A stretch of 64,000 nt of DNA. It comes from an uncultured Candidatus Saccharibacteria bacterium (GTDB taxonomy: Bacteria; Patescibacteriota; 4484-211; JAGQKX01). The translations under genes and the position numbers were made by a program. Positions within the stretch are counted from its first letter, which is position 1. Every line of letters begins with the position of its first letter. Where the stretch lies: assembly GCA_964392315.1 (NCBI GenBank), contig CAYMOT010000002.1:41234-105233 (forward strand), read 5' to 3'. Below the pieces are notes generated by a model, which worked only from the letters and a program-made list of their open reading frames with translations, did no database searches and had not been told where the DNA came from. Positions 57,914 to 64,000 of the stretch are shown piece by piece.

Positions 57914-58453
57914 ATGACGCATCAAGTGGTGTACGCCCCGTATGGGGCGCGGATTGAGATGGAGTTGGATAGCATACCGTTTCGCGTAGAAATGGGCATG
58001 CACGTGCAGGCGGACACGAAGAGTCTGCTAGGACGGCAGGCGGTTCGCTCGTTGCAGGAATGCAAGTTGCAGCCGCAGCTCTTCGTGACCCTCGATTCTC
58101 GCGGGCTTCCCATCGAGCCAGTGCTGCTTTCGCAGCGGCACGAGGTCTACGGTGTCGAGCTTGCGCTCGCGTGGACCACGCAGGCGTCCAGCTTCGTCGG
58201 CTGGGGGCCGCTGATGGCTCCCTGGATCTACGATCCCAGCTTCGACTGGGAACTGCGCGTCAAAGCTTTGGCGCAAGCGATTGCGGTCAAGCTGTTTCCG
58301 ACGGCGAAGTGCGAGTCAGTGTTCACATTTGCGGGCGGCATCATGATCGCCTATGACACAGACTTGCTGCGTTTGACCAATCGTTCGGCGCAGTTTGAAA
58401 TCCAGATGCCTATGCCCGCAGTGGGTGCTTCGGCCGTCGCTGTGACGGCATAG
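57914..58453 (+). CDS. hypothetical protein
   Basis: GGAGGA RBS 4 nt upstream of the ATG (MTHQVVYAPYG...). 179 aa, Ala/Leu-rich, high-GC third positions. Followed by a terminator. Confidence 0.5.
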   Translation: MTHQVVYAPYGARIEMELDSIPFRVEMGMHVQADTKSLLGRQAVRSLQECKLQPQLFVTLDSRGLPIEPVLLSQRHEVYGVELALAWTTQASSFVGWGPLMAPWIYDPSFDWELRVKALAQAIAVKLFPTAKCESVFTFAGGIMIAYDTDLLRLTNRSAQFEIQMPMPAVGASAVAVTA

Positions 58454-58472
58454 AGAGATAGCTGAATGGCAA

Positions 58473-58508
58473 GGCCGACCCGTCTGACGGGCCGGCCTTT
58501 TGTTTTTT
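58473..58508 (+). terminator. rho-independent terminator
   Basis: GGCCGACCCG-TCTGA-CGGGCCGGCC hairpin followed by TTTTGTTTTTT. Confidence 0.75.
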
Positions 58509-58587
58509 ACTCACATTTTCTCAACAAATTCAGATAACCAGCCTGTAAAAGTATCAATGAGCTCTCATTACAAAAAGGCTTATAGTA

Positions 58588-58617
58588 TTGACATGAGGGT
58601 GTAATTTTTGCTATAAT
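58588..58617 (+). promoter_or_regulatory. near-consensus sigma70 promoter (TTGACA-N18-TATAAT)
   Basis: TTGACA at 58588-58593 and TATAAT at 58612-58617, in an AT-rich spacer upstream of the lipoprotein gene. Confidence 0.55.
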
Positions 58618-58687
58618 GCCGCCAGTTTTCGCACCTCCAGTCCCGAGCGGGTCTGGAAGAATTCACAAGCAGAAGATGGAGGTTTCG

Positions 58688-59362
58688 ATGAAAAAGTTCG
58701 GTTTGTTGTTTGTTTTGTTGCTGGCTCTGGCCCTGGCCGCGTGCGGCGGCAACCCGGCGGCCGATACGACCGGCGGCGCGGCCGCGCCGACGGTGGCCCC
58801 CACAGTCACCCCTGCGGAGACGCCGGAGGGGCAGGATCCCCTACTGGCGGCCCCGGTCGGCAACTCTGGGTACGACAACTGCCTCGATCCGTGGGATCTG
58901 GGGCGGGTGCGCGAGGCCTACAAGTCGAAGATAAGTCCGACAGGTTACGCAGGGACGGTCGTCCTGCTCACCTGGACTCGGGAGGCTGGGCCCCAGAACT
59001 TCGATGAGTGCTACACGAACCGGCATGGCCAATTCGTGTTTACCAAGCACGATGTACCCATCACTGAAGAGCTTTACGAGCGTCTGACCGGCGGCCGGAA
59101 CGACCTGACGGTCCTGGCGCCCGTCCACGCTACGCAGGTACCCTCGGGGTGGGAAGCTTCGATGTGGGTGCATGACTATGTTAATGGTTTCATGACCTAC
59201 GAAGAAGTCAACTCCTACACCCTCTGGGCCTTCCAGAACGACGCAGAAGGCTACCAGATGGTCGCCGGCATGGTGGCGGCCGGCCTCATCGGTGCCTTGC
59301 TCGTTCCCGCGTTGCTCGGGGGCCCGATGGTCCCTGACTGCGGCATGAACAGCTGCGGCTAG
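58688..59362 (+). CDS. lipoprotein (lipobox LAAC) with Ala/Pro/Thr linker and a hydrophobic Cys-rich C-terminus
   Basis: MKKFGLLFVLLLALALAAC|GG signal peptide with a GGAGG RBS. The C-terminal MVAGMVAAGLIGALLVPALLGG TM-like segment ends in DCGMNSCG. The ORF track starts at 58616. Confidence 0.6.
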   Translation: MKKFGLLFVLLLALALAACGGNPAADTTGGAAAPTVAPTVTPAETPEGQDPLLAAPVGNSGYDNCLDPWDLGRVREAYKSKISPTGYAGTVVLLTWTREAGPQNFDECYTNRHGQFVFTKHDVPITEELYERLTGGRNDLTVLAPVHATQVPSGWEASMWVHDYVNGFMTYEEVNSYTLWAFQNDAEGYQMVAGMVAAGLIGALLVPALLGGPMVPDCGMNSCG

Positions 59363-59389
59363 AACGGCCGCAAGGAGAGTAACAATATA

Positions 59390-59428
59390 AAAAGACCCCG
59401 CCCTACTGTAGGACGGGGTCTTTCACGT
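59390..59428. terminator. bidirectional terminator between convergent genes
   Basis: AAAGACCCCGCCCTAC-TG-TAGGACGGGGTCTTT, a near-perfect 15-bp palindrome flanked by A/T runs. Confidence 0.7.
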
Positions 59429-59449
59429 TTATGGGTGTAAATAAAAGCG

Positions 59450-59980
59450 TCAAATACTCACAGATAGTTTCTGATATCCAAGTCTTTCCAAATCTGAGGC
59501 AATGTCATTATAAGACTTCCCTGCTAATCTCCCACCTGCGATAAAGTCTTCTTGGGTGACGTCAGCCAAGCAAAAATCCGGTACCACAAAGTTCTCCTTT
59601 TCTTCTTCAGATGAGAACTCAAAATCTACAAGCACTAAGCCTTCCAAAGCATCCGCGAATACATCCACCTCAGCAGCATGCCCGTTGTAATCAAATGAAT
59701 ATCGAAATTTTCGCAATTTCCTAGCAGGAATATTTCTAAATGCAGCGAATTCGTGCTCTTCCAAATCAATAGTATGCTCTTCATGTTGCGATGCGTCTCC
59801 TCTTTCAATAGGAATCTTTTTGACAAAGGTGTATTTGTCGCCACTTTTTCGAATACGAATTCGAGGATGTGTGGCATCTATGGGTAGATACATATCAATA
59901 ATTTCTTTTTTTGTTGCGTGATGAATGTCGGCGGGGATATATTTTGCCAGAAATGTTAATTCAAGTTCTAATTCAGTCAT
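59450..59980 (-). CDS. CYTH-domain protein (CyaB/thiamine-triphosphatase-like triphosphate tunnel metalloenzyme)
   Basis: RIRIRKSGDKYTFVKK, RKFRYSFDYNGHAAEVDVFADALEGLVLVDFEFSSEEE and FVVPDF match CYTH core strands. AT-rich codon usage like the first part of the window. Confidence 0.6.
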   Translation of the reverse strand: MTELELELTFLAKYIPADIHHATKKEIIDMYLPIDATHPRIRIRKSGDKYTFVKKIPIERGDASQHEEHTIDLEEHEFAAFRNIPARKLRKFRYSFDYNGHAAEVDVFADALEGLVLVDFEFSSEEEKENFVVPDFCLADVTQEDFIAGGRLAGKSYNDIASDLERLGYQKLSVSI

Positions 59981-59994
59981 ACTGCCAAGTGTAG

Positions 59995-60024
59995 CACAAA
60001 AAAAGGGACACCCGGCGGGTGTCC
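59995..60024 (-). terminator. rho-independent terminator (minus strand)
   Basis: GGGACACCCGCCGGGTGTCCC hairpin followed by TTTTTTT on the minus strand, between gene 60061-60414 and the CYTH start. Confidence 0.7.
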
Positions 60025-60060
60025 CAGTGGAGCTACTGCTCCTTTGCGTTGTCTCTCAAA

Positions 60061-60414
60061 CTACTGCCGCCGGCGCGCTCCGTGACGGATCTCGTCTAAC
60101 GCATCAGCGCCATCAACGTCATCGGTGGCGATTTCGGTCTTTCCCGTGTGTTGCTCGAGGCCTTCAATGAAGAAGGCGAAGAGCACCAAGTTCGGTTCTG
60201 CGGTTACGATCTGCAGGCTGTAGCCTCCTTCGAAGAAGAAAGGATACACGCCGATATGGTCGAGGAATCGCTCAAGACTCTCAGGGGTGACGATCTTGTC
60301 GTCAGGCCTGAACACGTAGATGAGCCTGTCGCCGACCAGAATTCCCCAGTTATCCGTACCGAAGAAGTTCGTGAGGAGCCTCTGGACGACTTTCAGAATC
60401 TTCGTTTTGCTCAT
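60061..60414 (-). CDS. hypothetical protein
   Basis: 117-aa ORF with high-GC codon usage. No family recognised. Confidence 0.45.
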   Translation of the reverse strand: MSKTKILKVVQRLLTNFFGTDNWGILVGDRLIYVFRPDDKIVTPESLERFLDHIGVYPFFFEGGYSLQIVTAEPNLVLFAFFIEGLEQHTGKTEIATDDVDGADALDEIRHGARRRQ

Positions 60415-60424
60415 AGAACCCTCC

Positions 60425-60787
60425 TTACGGACGATTTATCCAGAATGTCGTGAGGGTGGCGAATAGTGTAAACACCAACCAAATGGTCTGCCACCTCATC
60501 GACTTTCGGTACATTGCGATGATCATCGCCACGTAGGGCACGATGATCAACAGCGCTATTGGCATACCGATCGAATCCACGCTCACGGCGATTATGCCCA
60601 TACTCAGGGCAGTGGCGACCGATACACGAGAATCAAAGTATGCCATACCGATTGCAGAGGACAGCACGAGAAATGCAGCAATGTATGCACCTTGTTCGCT
60701 TCCGGAGAATACATACCCCATCAGAAAAACGAAAAGTGCAAACTTGCAGATGTCTCGATACCCATTACTTTTGTATGTGTTGTCCAT
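60425..60787 (-). CDS. hypothetical membrane protein (3-4 TM)
   Basis: 120 aa with hydrophobic helices. Confidence 0.5.
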   Translation of the reverse strand: MDNTYKSNGYRDICKFALFVFLMGYVFSGSEQGAYIAAFLVLSSAIGMAYFDSRVSVATALSMGIIAVSVDSIGMPIALLIIVPYVAMIIAMYRKSMRWQTIWLVFTLFATLTTFWINRP

Positions 60788-60796
60788 GGGGCACCT

Positions 60797-61105
60797 CTAA
60801 GCAGCTTCCCTCTCTTCTTCGTCCGGGAAGACGAGGAAGGCAAAGATGGTGATTGTCAGCTCACCGATTGCCAGGACGACTGTCTTGCCTGTGGCGAAGG
60901 GAAGGCGTTCGAAGCCCCCATACTCCATAACCGACTCGATCTGCGCTTCGGTCATGGTCCCTTGGACAATGACCATACAGACGTTGCCATCGATGAAGAA
61001 GTGGAAGTCCACTTCATTTTCGATTGCAAAGTCAAAGGCGTAAGGAAGGGTGTCTCTGACGTACTCTTCCTTTTCGTATCTCGTTCCTACGTATCTCCTT
61101 GTCAT
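60797..61105 (-). CDS. hypothetical protein
   Basis: AAGGAG RBS 5 nt before the ATG (MTRRYVGTRYEKEEY...). 102 aa. Preceded on its strand by a hairpin plus T-tract at 61127-61160. Confidence 0.5.
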   Translation of the reverse strand: MTRRYVGTRYEKEEYVRDTLPYAFDFAIENEVDFHFFIDGNVCMVIVQGTMTEAQIESVMEYGGFERLPFATGKTVVLAIGELTITIFAFLVFPDEEEREAA

Positions 61106-61180
61106 TGTTCTCCTTCTTGCATGAAAAAAGGGTGCCGCCACCTGCGCGGCGCGCACCCTCTTGCTAGTTCAGTTGCGACT

Positions 61181-61354
61181 TCACTCGAGATCGTCGATGG
61201 TGAAGAGGTAGAAATCCTCTTCTCTCCACCAATCGCTGAAGTCTTCCACAGCCTGGCCATCAAATGGCAGGCCAAGGAAATCAGCGACTGCATCGATCAG
61301 GTCACGGATGTTCGGAATCCGTGCCTTCGTACCAGTAGTGCATAAACGCAACAT
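61181..61354 (-). CDS. hypothetical small acidic protein (57 aa)
   Basis: ATG preceded by GAGAGAGGAAATAA. Protein MLRLCTTGTKARIPNIRDLIDAVADFLGLPFDGQAVEDFSDWWREEDFYLFTIDDLE. Under the 60-aa ORF-track cut-off. Confidence 0.35.
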   Translation of the reverse strand: MLRLCTTGTKARIPNIRDLIDAVADFLGLPFDGQAVEDFSDWWREEDFYLFTIDDLE

Positions 61355-61450
61355 TTATTTCCTCTCTCAGTTGGTGAGCCCGCAAAGGCTCAGTTGTTTG
61401 AAATTGGTGCCGCCCATAGGCGGCGGCACCATACAGCTTACTTCAGACTG

Positions 61451-61687
61451 CTACTCGGGCATGCCATCGAAAGGCAAGTCCCAATCGCCACCCATCCAGA
61501 TATTCGGATAATCTGATGTGGGGCACTGGGCAGCCTTCACGGCGGTGGTACCAGCATTCTCGGTCCCGACGATCTCGATGGTAACGTTGTCAGGGGAAAC
61601 GCCCAGCAGCTGCGCAACTTGCTGCAACAGCCTGCCAGTATCGCCCCAGTACACTATCCTATCTGCCCGAATTACGATATCTGTCAC
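61451..61687 (-). CDS. hypothetical 78-aa protein (GTG start)
   Basis: GAGGAGG RBS 5 nt before the GTG. VTDIVIRADRIVYWGDTGRLLQQVAQLLGVSPDNVTIEIVG... The longer ATG-initiated ORF to 61810 has no RBS. Confidence 0.4.
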   Translation of the reverse strand: MTDIVIRADRIVYWGDTGRLLQQVAQLLGVSPDNVTIEIVGTENAGTTAVKAAQCPTSDYPNIWMGGDWDLPFDGMPE

Positions 61688-61755
61688 AGTGTCCTCCTCA
61701 AACTGGTGTGTCCTCCGTGCCCGGAGGACACGGAGGACATGCGCATGTTCGACGC

Positions 61756-62067
61756 CTACAGTGCCGCCGGGTTGGCGAGCATCGGGTAGTTGGCCCGATG
61801 CAGACCGCACCGCTGCGGGTGGAGCCCATGACGGCGAGTCGTCCTACTGCAGCCGGGGATGGTGCACAGCCGCCGCGGGGCGACGCTGTGGTCCCGGGTG
61901 GAGGCCACTTCATAGTGGCCGCTGCAGTTATCGCCACCCTGGTAATCGGGCGTCTGATGGGCAGCATTGATCCTGACGAGGTCATTCGGCGTCATGTTGA
62001 TGAGACGCCGCTTGCGACCGCAGGTCTTGCATTCGACCCTCGTAATAACGCTTTGCCTATTTTTCAA
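61756..62067 (-). CDS. hypothetical Cys-rich (zinc-ribbon-like) basic protein
   Basis: VECKTCGRKRRL...DNCSGH...LCTIPGC Cys pairs. AAGGAG RBS 5 nt before the TTG at 62067 (the ORF extends to an ATG at 62115). Third-position GC favours this strand over the antisense plus-strand ORF. Confidence 0.4.
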   Translation of the reverse strand: MKNRQSVITRVECKTCGRKRRLINMTPNDLVRINAAHQTPDYQGGDNCSGHYEVASTRDHSVAPRRLCTIPGCSRTTRRHGLHPQRCGLHRANYPMLANPAAL

Positions 62068-62120
62068 CTTTGCTCCTTTTTGGGTGTGACCTCGCCGGCT
62101 ATCCGGCGAGGCCACCTAGG

Positions 62121-62537
62121 TTAGTTCAGACTAATTGGAAAGGTCTGGCCGACGAAAGCCGGCATTTCCTGCCGGCCGACTGGAACGACGATCTGAACTC
62201 TCCCTTCGTAGTCGTCGATCCAAATGCCAGCAACTTTGAACCCATGCTTCTGCAGCTCATCCATAGTGTGAGTCAGGAGATCTTGAGGATCTCCATTCAC
62301 TACCTCACAGCTACGATGCGCCGCCAGAACGACCAGGTCAGCGTCGCGGTGCTCCACGAGAATTTGGTCAACCGCATTCTCAGAAGCACCTCCGCCGTCC
62401 ATCTGGAGGTATTCGATATAGGCAATTCCTTCGGTATCGTCAGTGGACATCACTTGCGTAATCGCCACAGGAAGGATATCGCTGAATATCGCAGCATCTG
62501 GGTTGCACGCCACGAACAAGACACGTGCCGTTCTCAT
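62121..62537 (-). CDS. hypothetical alpha/beta protein (138 aa)
   Basis: MRTARVLFVACNPDAAIFSD...DLVVLAAHRSCEVVNGD: alternating buried beta-strand-like segments suggest a Rossmann/flavodoxin-like fold. Its ATG overlaps the upstream stop (ATGA). Confidence 0.45.
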   Translation of the reverse strand: MRTARVLFVACNPDAAIFSDILPVAITQVMSTDDTEGIAYIEYLQMDGGGASENAVDQILVEHRDADLVVLAAHRSCEVVNGDPQDLLTHTMDELQKHGFKVAGIWIDDYEGRVQIVVPVGRQEMPAFVGQTFPISLN

Positions 62538-62683
62538 CGCCCGCGTTCCTCCCAGAGCCTGTCCTGACGCATCTTCCACAGAAGGATGATGGTCAGGATG
62601 ACCATGGATTGTGGCACGAAGATGGCGGTGATGGCCAGCTTGGCCAGGTCGAGTTTGGCCTGGAGGGTGAGTTTAGGCTTCAT
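62534..62683 (-). CDS. 49-aa single-TM micro-protein
   Basis: GGGAGGTGGTGAG RBS. MKPKLTLQAKLDLAKLAITAIFVPQSMVILTIILLWKMRQDRLWEERGR. One-nt gap to the upstream stop and ATGA overlap with the downstream start. Confidence 0.45.
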   Translation of the reverse strand: MKPKLTLQAKLDLAKLAITAIFVPQSMVILTIILLWKMRQDRLWEERGR

Positions 62684-62684
62684 C

Positions 62685-63119
62685 TCACCACCTCCCATAC
62701 TCGACATACACACGTTCGGCCTCGGGGTGCGGGTCCCCATCGAACCAGGCCTGCACTTCCTTCAGGACGTCCCCGGCGCATATCAATTCGCCATTGCCTT
62801 TGATGAAGTGAATGCCGTCGCCGTAGTTCGTGAGCCATCCCAAGCACGGGACTTCCACGAGCCACGAGCCGTCGATATTCGGTGGGACCATGACGTAGGT
62901 GAGACGGCGGGCCGGGGTTTTGCCCCAGAACAGGGGGAAGTACCCTCCCGCTATCACGCTGAAGATCGCGATGCCCGACAAGGCCGCGGCTGTACTGGAC
63001 ATGCCAACATACTGCGATGCCAGCAGTAGGCCCAGGAGCACGAATACCGACCCGAACAACATGGCGACCCAGATTCGGAACAATACCGGGTCGTACTCCT
63101 TCTTCGAATTACTCAACAT
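62685..63119 (-). CDS. membrane protein with two N-terminal TM helices and a C-terminal bacterial PH-like (bPH_2/DUF304-type) domain
   Basis: AAGGAGGT RBS 6 nt before the ATG (MLSNSKKEYDPVLFRIW...). Two TM helices plus a ~75-aa soluble domain matches the YdbS/YdbT architecture. The assignment is by architecture only. Confidence 0.45.
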   Translation of the reverse strand: MLSNSKKEYDPVLFRIWVAMLFGSVFVLLGLLLASQYVGMSSTAAALSGIAIFSVIAGGYFPLFWGKTPARRLTYVMVPPNIDGSWLVEVPCLGWLTNYGDGIHFIKGNGELICAGDVLKEVQAWFDGDPHPEAERVYVEYGRW

Positions 63120-63135
63120 GATCGACCTCCTTACC

Positions 63136-63399
63136 TTAGCCGTGACTAAACTCTGAGAGCACGACGCGCAGCCTATCAAGCGCGCGCACAACGCTCCAAC
63201 CCTTTTCCGTAAGGTGAATCTCGCAGCAGGTGTACTTTCCGGAGAGTTCCACCCAGCCGCGTTCTTCCATCTTCTTGATGATCTCGTCGACCTTCGCGAC
63301 CCCGAGCCGCTGAATTGGTTTGTACCATTCGCACGACATTACGGCGTCGAGGATTGAGATGTAGATCATCAGTTGCTGAGCATGCTTCTGAAATTCCAC
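63136..63399 (-). CDS. small winged-helix DNA-binding protein (putative transcriptional regulator)
   Basis: AAGGAGG 6 nt before the GTG. YKPIQRLGVAKVDEIIKKMEERGWVELSGK is a wHTH recognition helix-wing pattern. 87 aa. Confidence 0.5.
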   Translation of the reverse strand: MEFQKHAQQLMIYISILDAVMSCEWYKPIQRLGVAKVDEIIKKMEERGWVELSGKYTCCEIHLTEKGWSVVRALDRLRVVLSEFSHG

Positions 63400-63449
63400 G
63401 GCAAGCCTCCTTGGGGAGGGGCGTCGTCGGACGACACCCCTCAGTAGAT

Positions 63450-63761
63450 TTAGCCCGGACCCAAGGTCACGGGCAGGACCCAATCGGATAGGTCCTGGTT
63501 GCGGCGGCGTTGCCGTTTCTTGTTGGCGTAGCGGACCTTCTTCGCAGCCGGCCGCTCCTTGCCATCCTGAGACCGGTGCGACCCGATCTCAAAGGTGACC
63601 TTTGCCCCGAACTTCAACTTCTTCTCGTCTCCGTCCCGCGGGATGACCGCGCTGACGTGGACGAAAATCCGCTGATCGCGGCCAGCGTCATCGGTGTATT
63701 TGATCTCACCGTAACGCCGGCTGCTGTGAACCCGAATCATGTAGCCGGACAGACTGTTCAC
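63450..63761 (-). CDS. cold-shock-domain (CSD/OB-fold) nucleic-acid-binding protein with basic C-terminal tail
   Basis: YGEIKY (FGFI-like RNP1), IFVHVSAV (RNP2), GAKVTFEIG and RPAAKKV match the CspA-family pattern. C-terminal KKRQRRRNQ tail. GTG start with a GGGAGG RBS and GTGA overlap with the upstream gene. Confidence 0.55.
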   Translation of the reverse strand: MNSLSGYMIRVHSSRRYGEIKYTDDAGRDQRIFVHVSAVIPRDGDEKKLKFGAKVTFEIGSHRSQDGKERPAAKKVRYANKKRQRRRNQDLSDWVLPVTLGPG

Positions 63762-63982
63762 GATGTAAGTGCCTCCCTGAAGCCCTTGATGAGGGCATCG
63801 GTGTTCCCGCTGAACGGGCCGAGGATCGAAGCGAGCTTCGTGTCGTCGACGAATGTAAGCTCAATTGGCCGCACTTGATGCTCAAGGAGCACGTCGATCA
63901 GATAGGCGCCATTTCTTGCCATCATACCGTCGAACCCGCAAGCGGCCCAAAACCGTCGAGTCGCCTCGCGTACAGTTATCAC
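63758..63982 (-). CDS. hypothetical protein (may extend beyond the window end)
   Basis: GTG start with GAAGG 4 nt upstream. 74 aa. No upstream in-frame stop occurs before the window edge. Confidence 0.35.
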   Translation of the reverse strand: MITVREATRRFWAACGFDGMMARNGAYLIDVLLEHQVRPIELTFVDDTKLASILGPFSGNTDALIKGFREALTS

Positions 63983-64000
63983 TTCGCCTTCGACCCCAGT

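Noticed and set aside
60692-61345. 217-aa plus-strand ORF spanning three minus-strand genes
   Set aside because: It is antisense to ORFs that have strong RBSs, TM helices and terminators. High GC allows long spurious antisense ORFs. It has no RBS and a Cys/His-rich low-complexity product.
61708-62124. 138-aa plus-strand ORF overlapping the Cys-rich minus-strand gene
   Set aside because: Third-codon-position GC is clearly higher on the minus-strand frame. The product is Gly/Ala/Pro/Arg-rich low complexity with no RBS.

Overview
The window splits into two parts. The first ~56.8 kb is AT-rich and gene-dense. It reads like a small-genome bacterium of the CPR/Patescibacteria type, though that assignment is an inference. 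It carries gyrB-gyrA and a complete Gram-positive-type type IV pilus locus (pilB, pilT, pilC, major pilin, prepilin peptidase, four minor pilins, pilM, pilN, pilO, with no secretin). It also carries thrS-infC-rpmI-rplT-pheS-pheT in classic order, rnc-rpsP-KH, nusB-rpmF-rsmD, recG, tyrS, a class A PBP, murA, trigger factor and tRNA-Val. A T4CP-like coupling ATPase, a XerC/D-like recombinase beside a membrane-anchored double-AAA+ Clp/Hsp100 ATPase, a SET-domain protein and a GT-C glycosyltransferase next to the pilin gene are the less ordinary genes. Most intergenic regions in this part carry a recurring AT-rich motif (ATTTGCTTATTTG / ATATGCAAAT) placed immediately before start codons that lack Shine-Dalgarno sequences. 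A 20-bp palindrome (GCCTGCCTGCGCAGGCAGGC) recurs three times. After ~56.9 kb the composition switches to GC-rich DNA of roughly 55-62% GC. The genes there have strong AAGGAGG-type ribosome-binding sites, ATGA/GTGA start-stop overlaps, GC-rich hairpins between genes and Ala/Pro-rich proteins. This part is a minus-strand array of about 11 small overlapping genes (60061-63982), and the window ends inside it. An AT-rich CYTH-domain gene flanked by strong terminators sits inside the GC-rich block. I regard this GC-rich operon of small proteins, and the sharp compositional junction that precedes it, as the best candidates for something undescribed. The alternative that the junction is a chimeric assembly cannot be excluded from sequence alone. 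No CRISPR array, rRNA gene or evidence of stop-codon recoding was found. My hand-derived coordinates may be off by 1 nt in places, because my base counting disagreed with the ORF track by one position near 55.6 kb.
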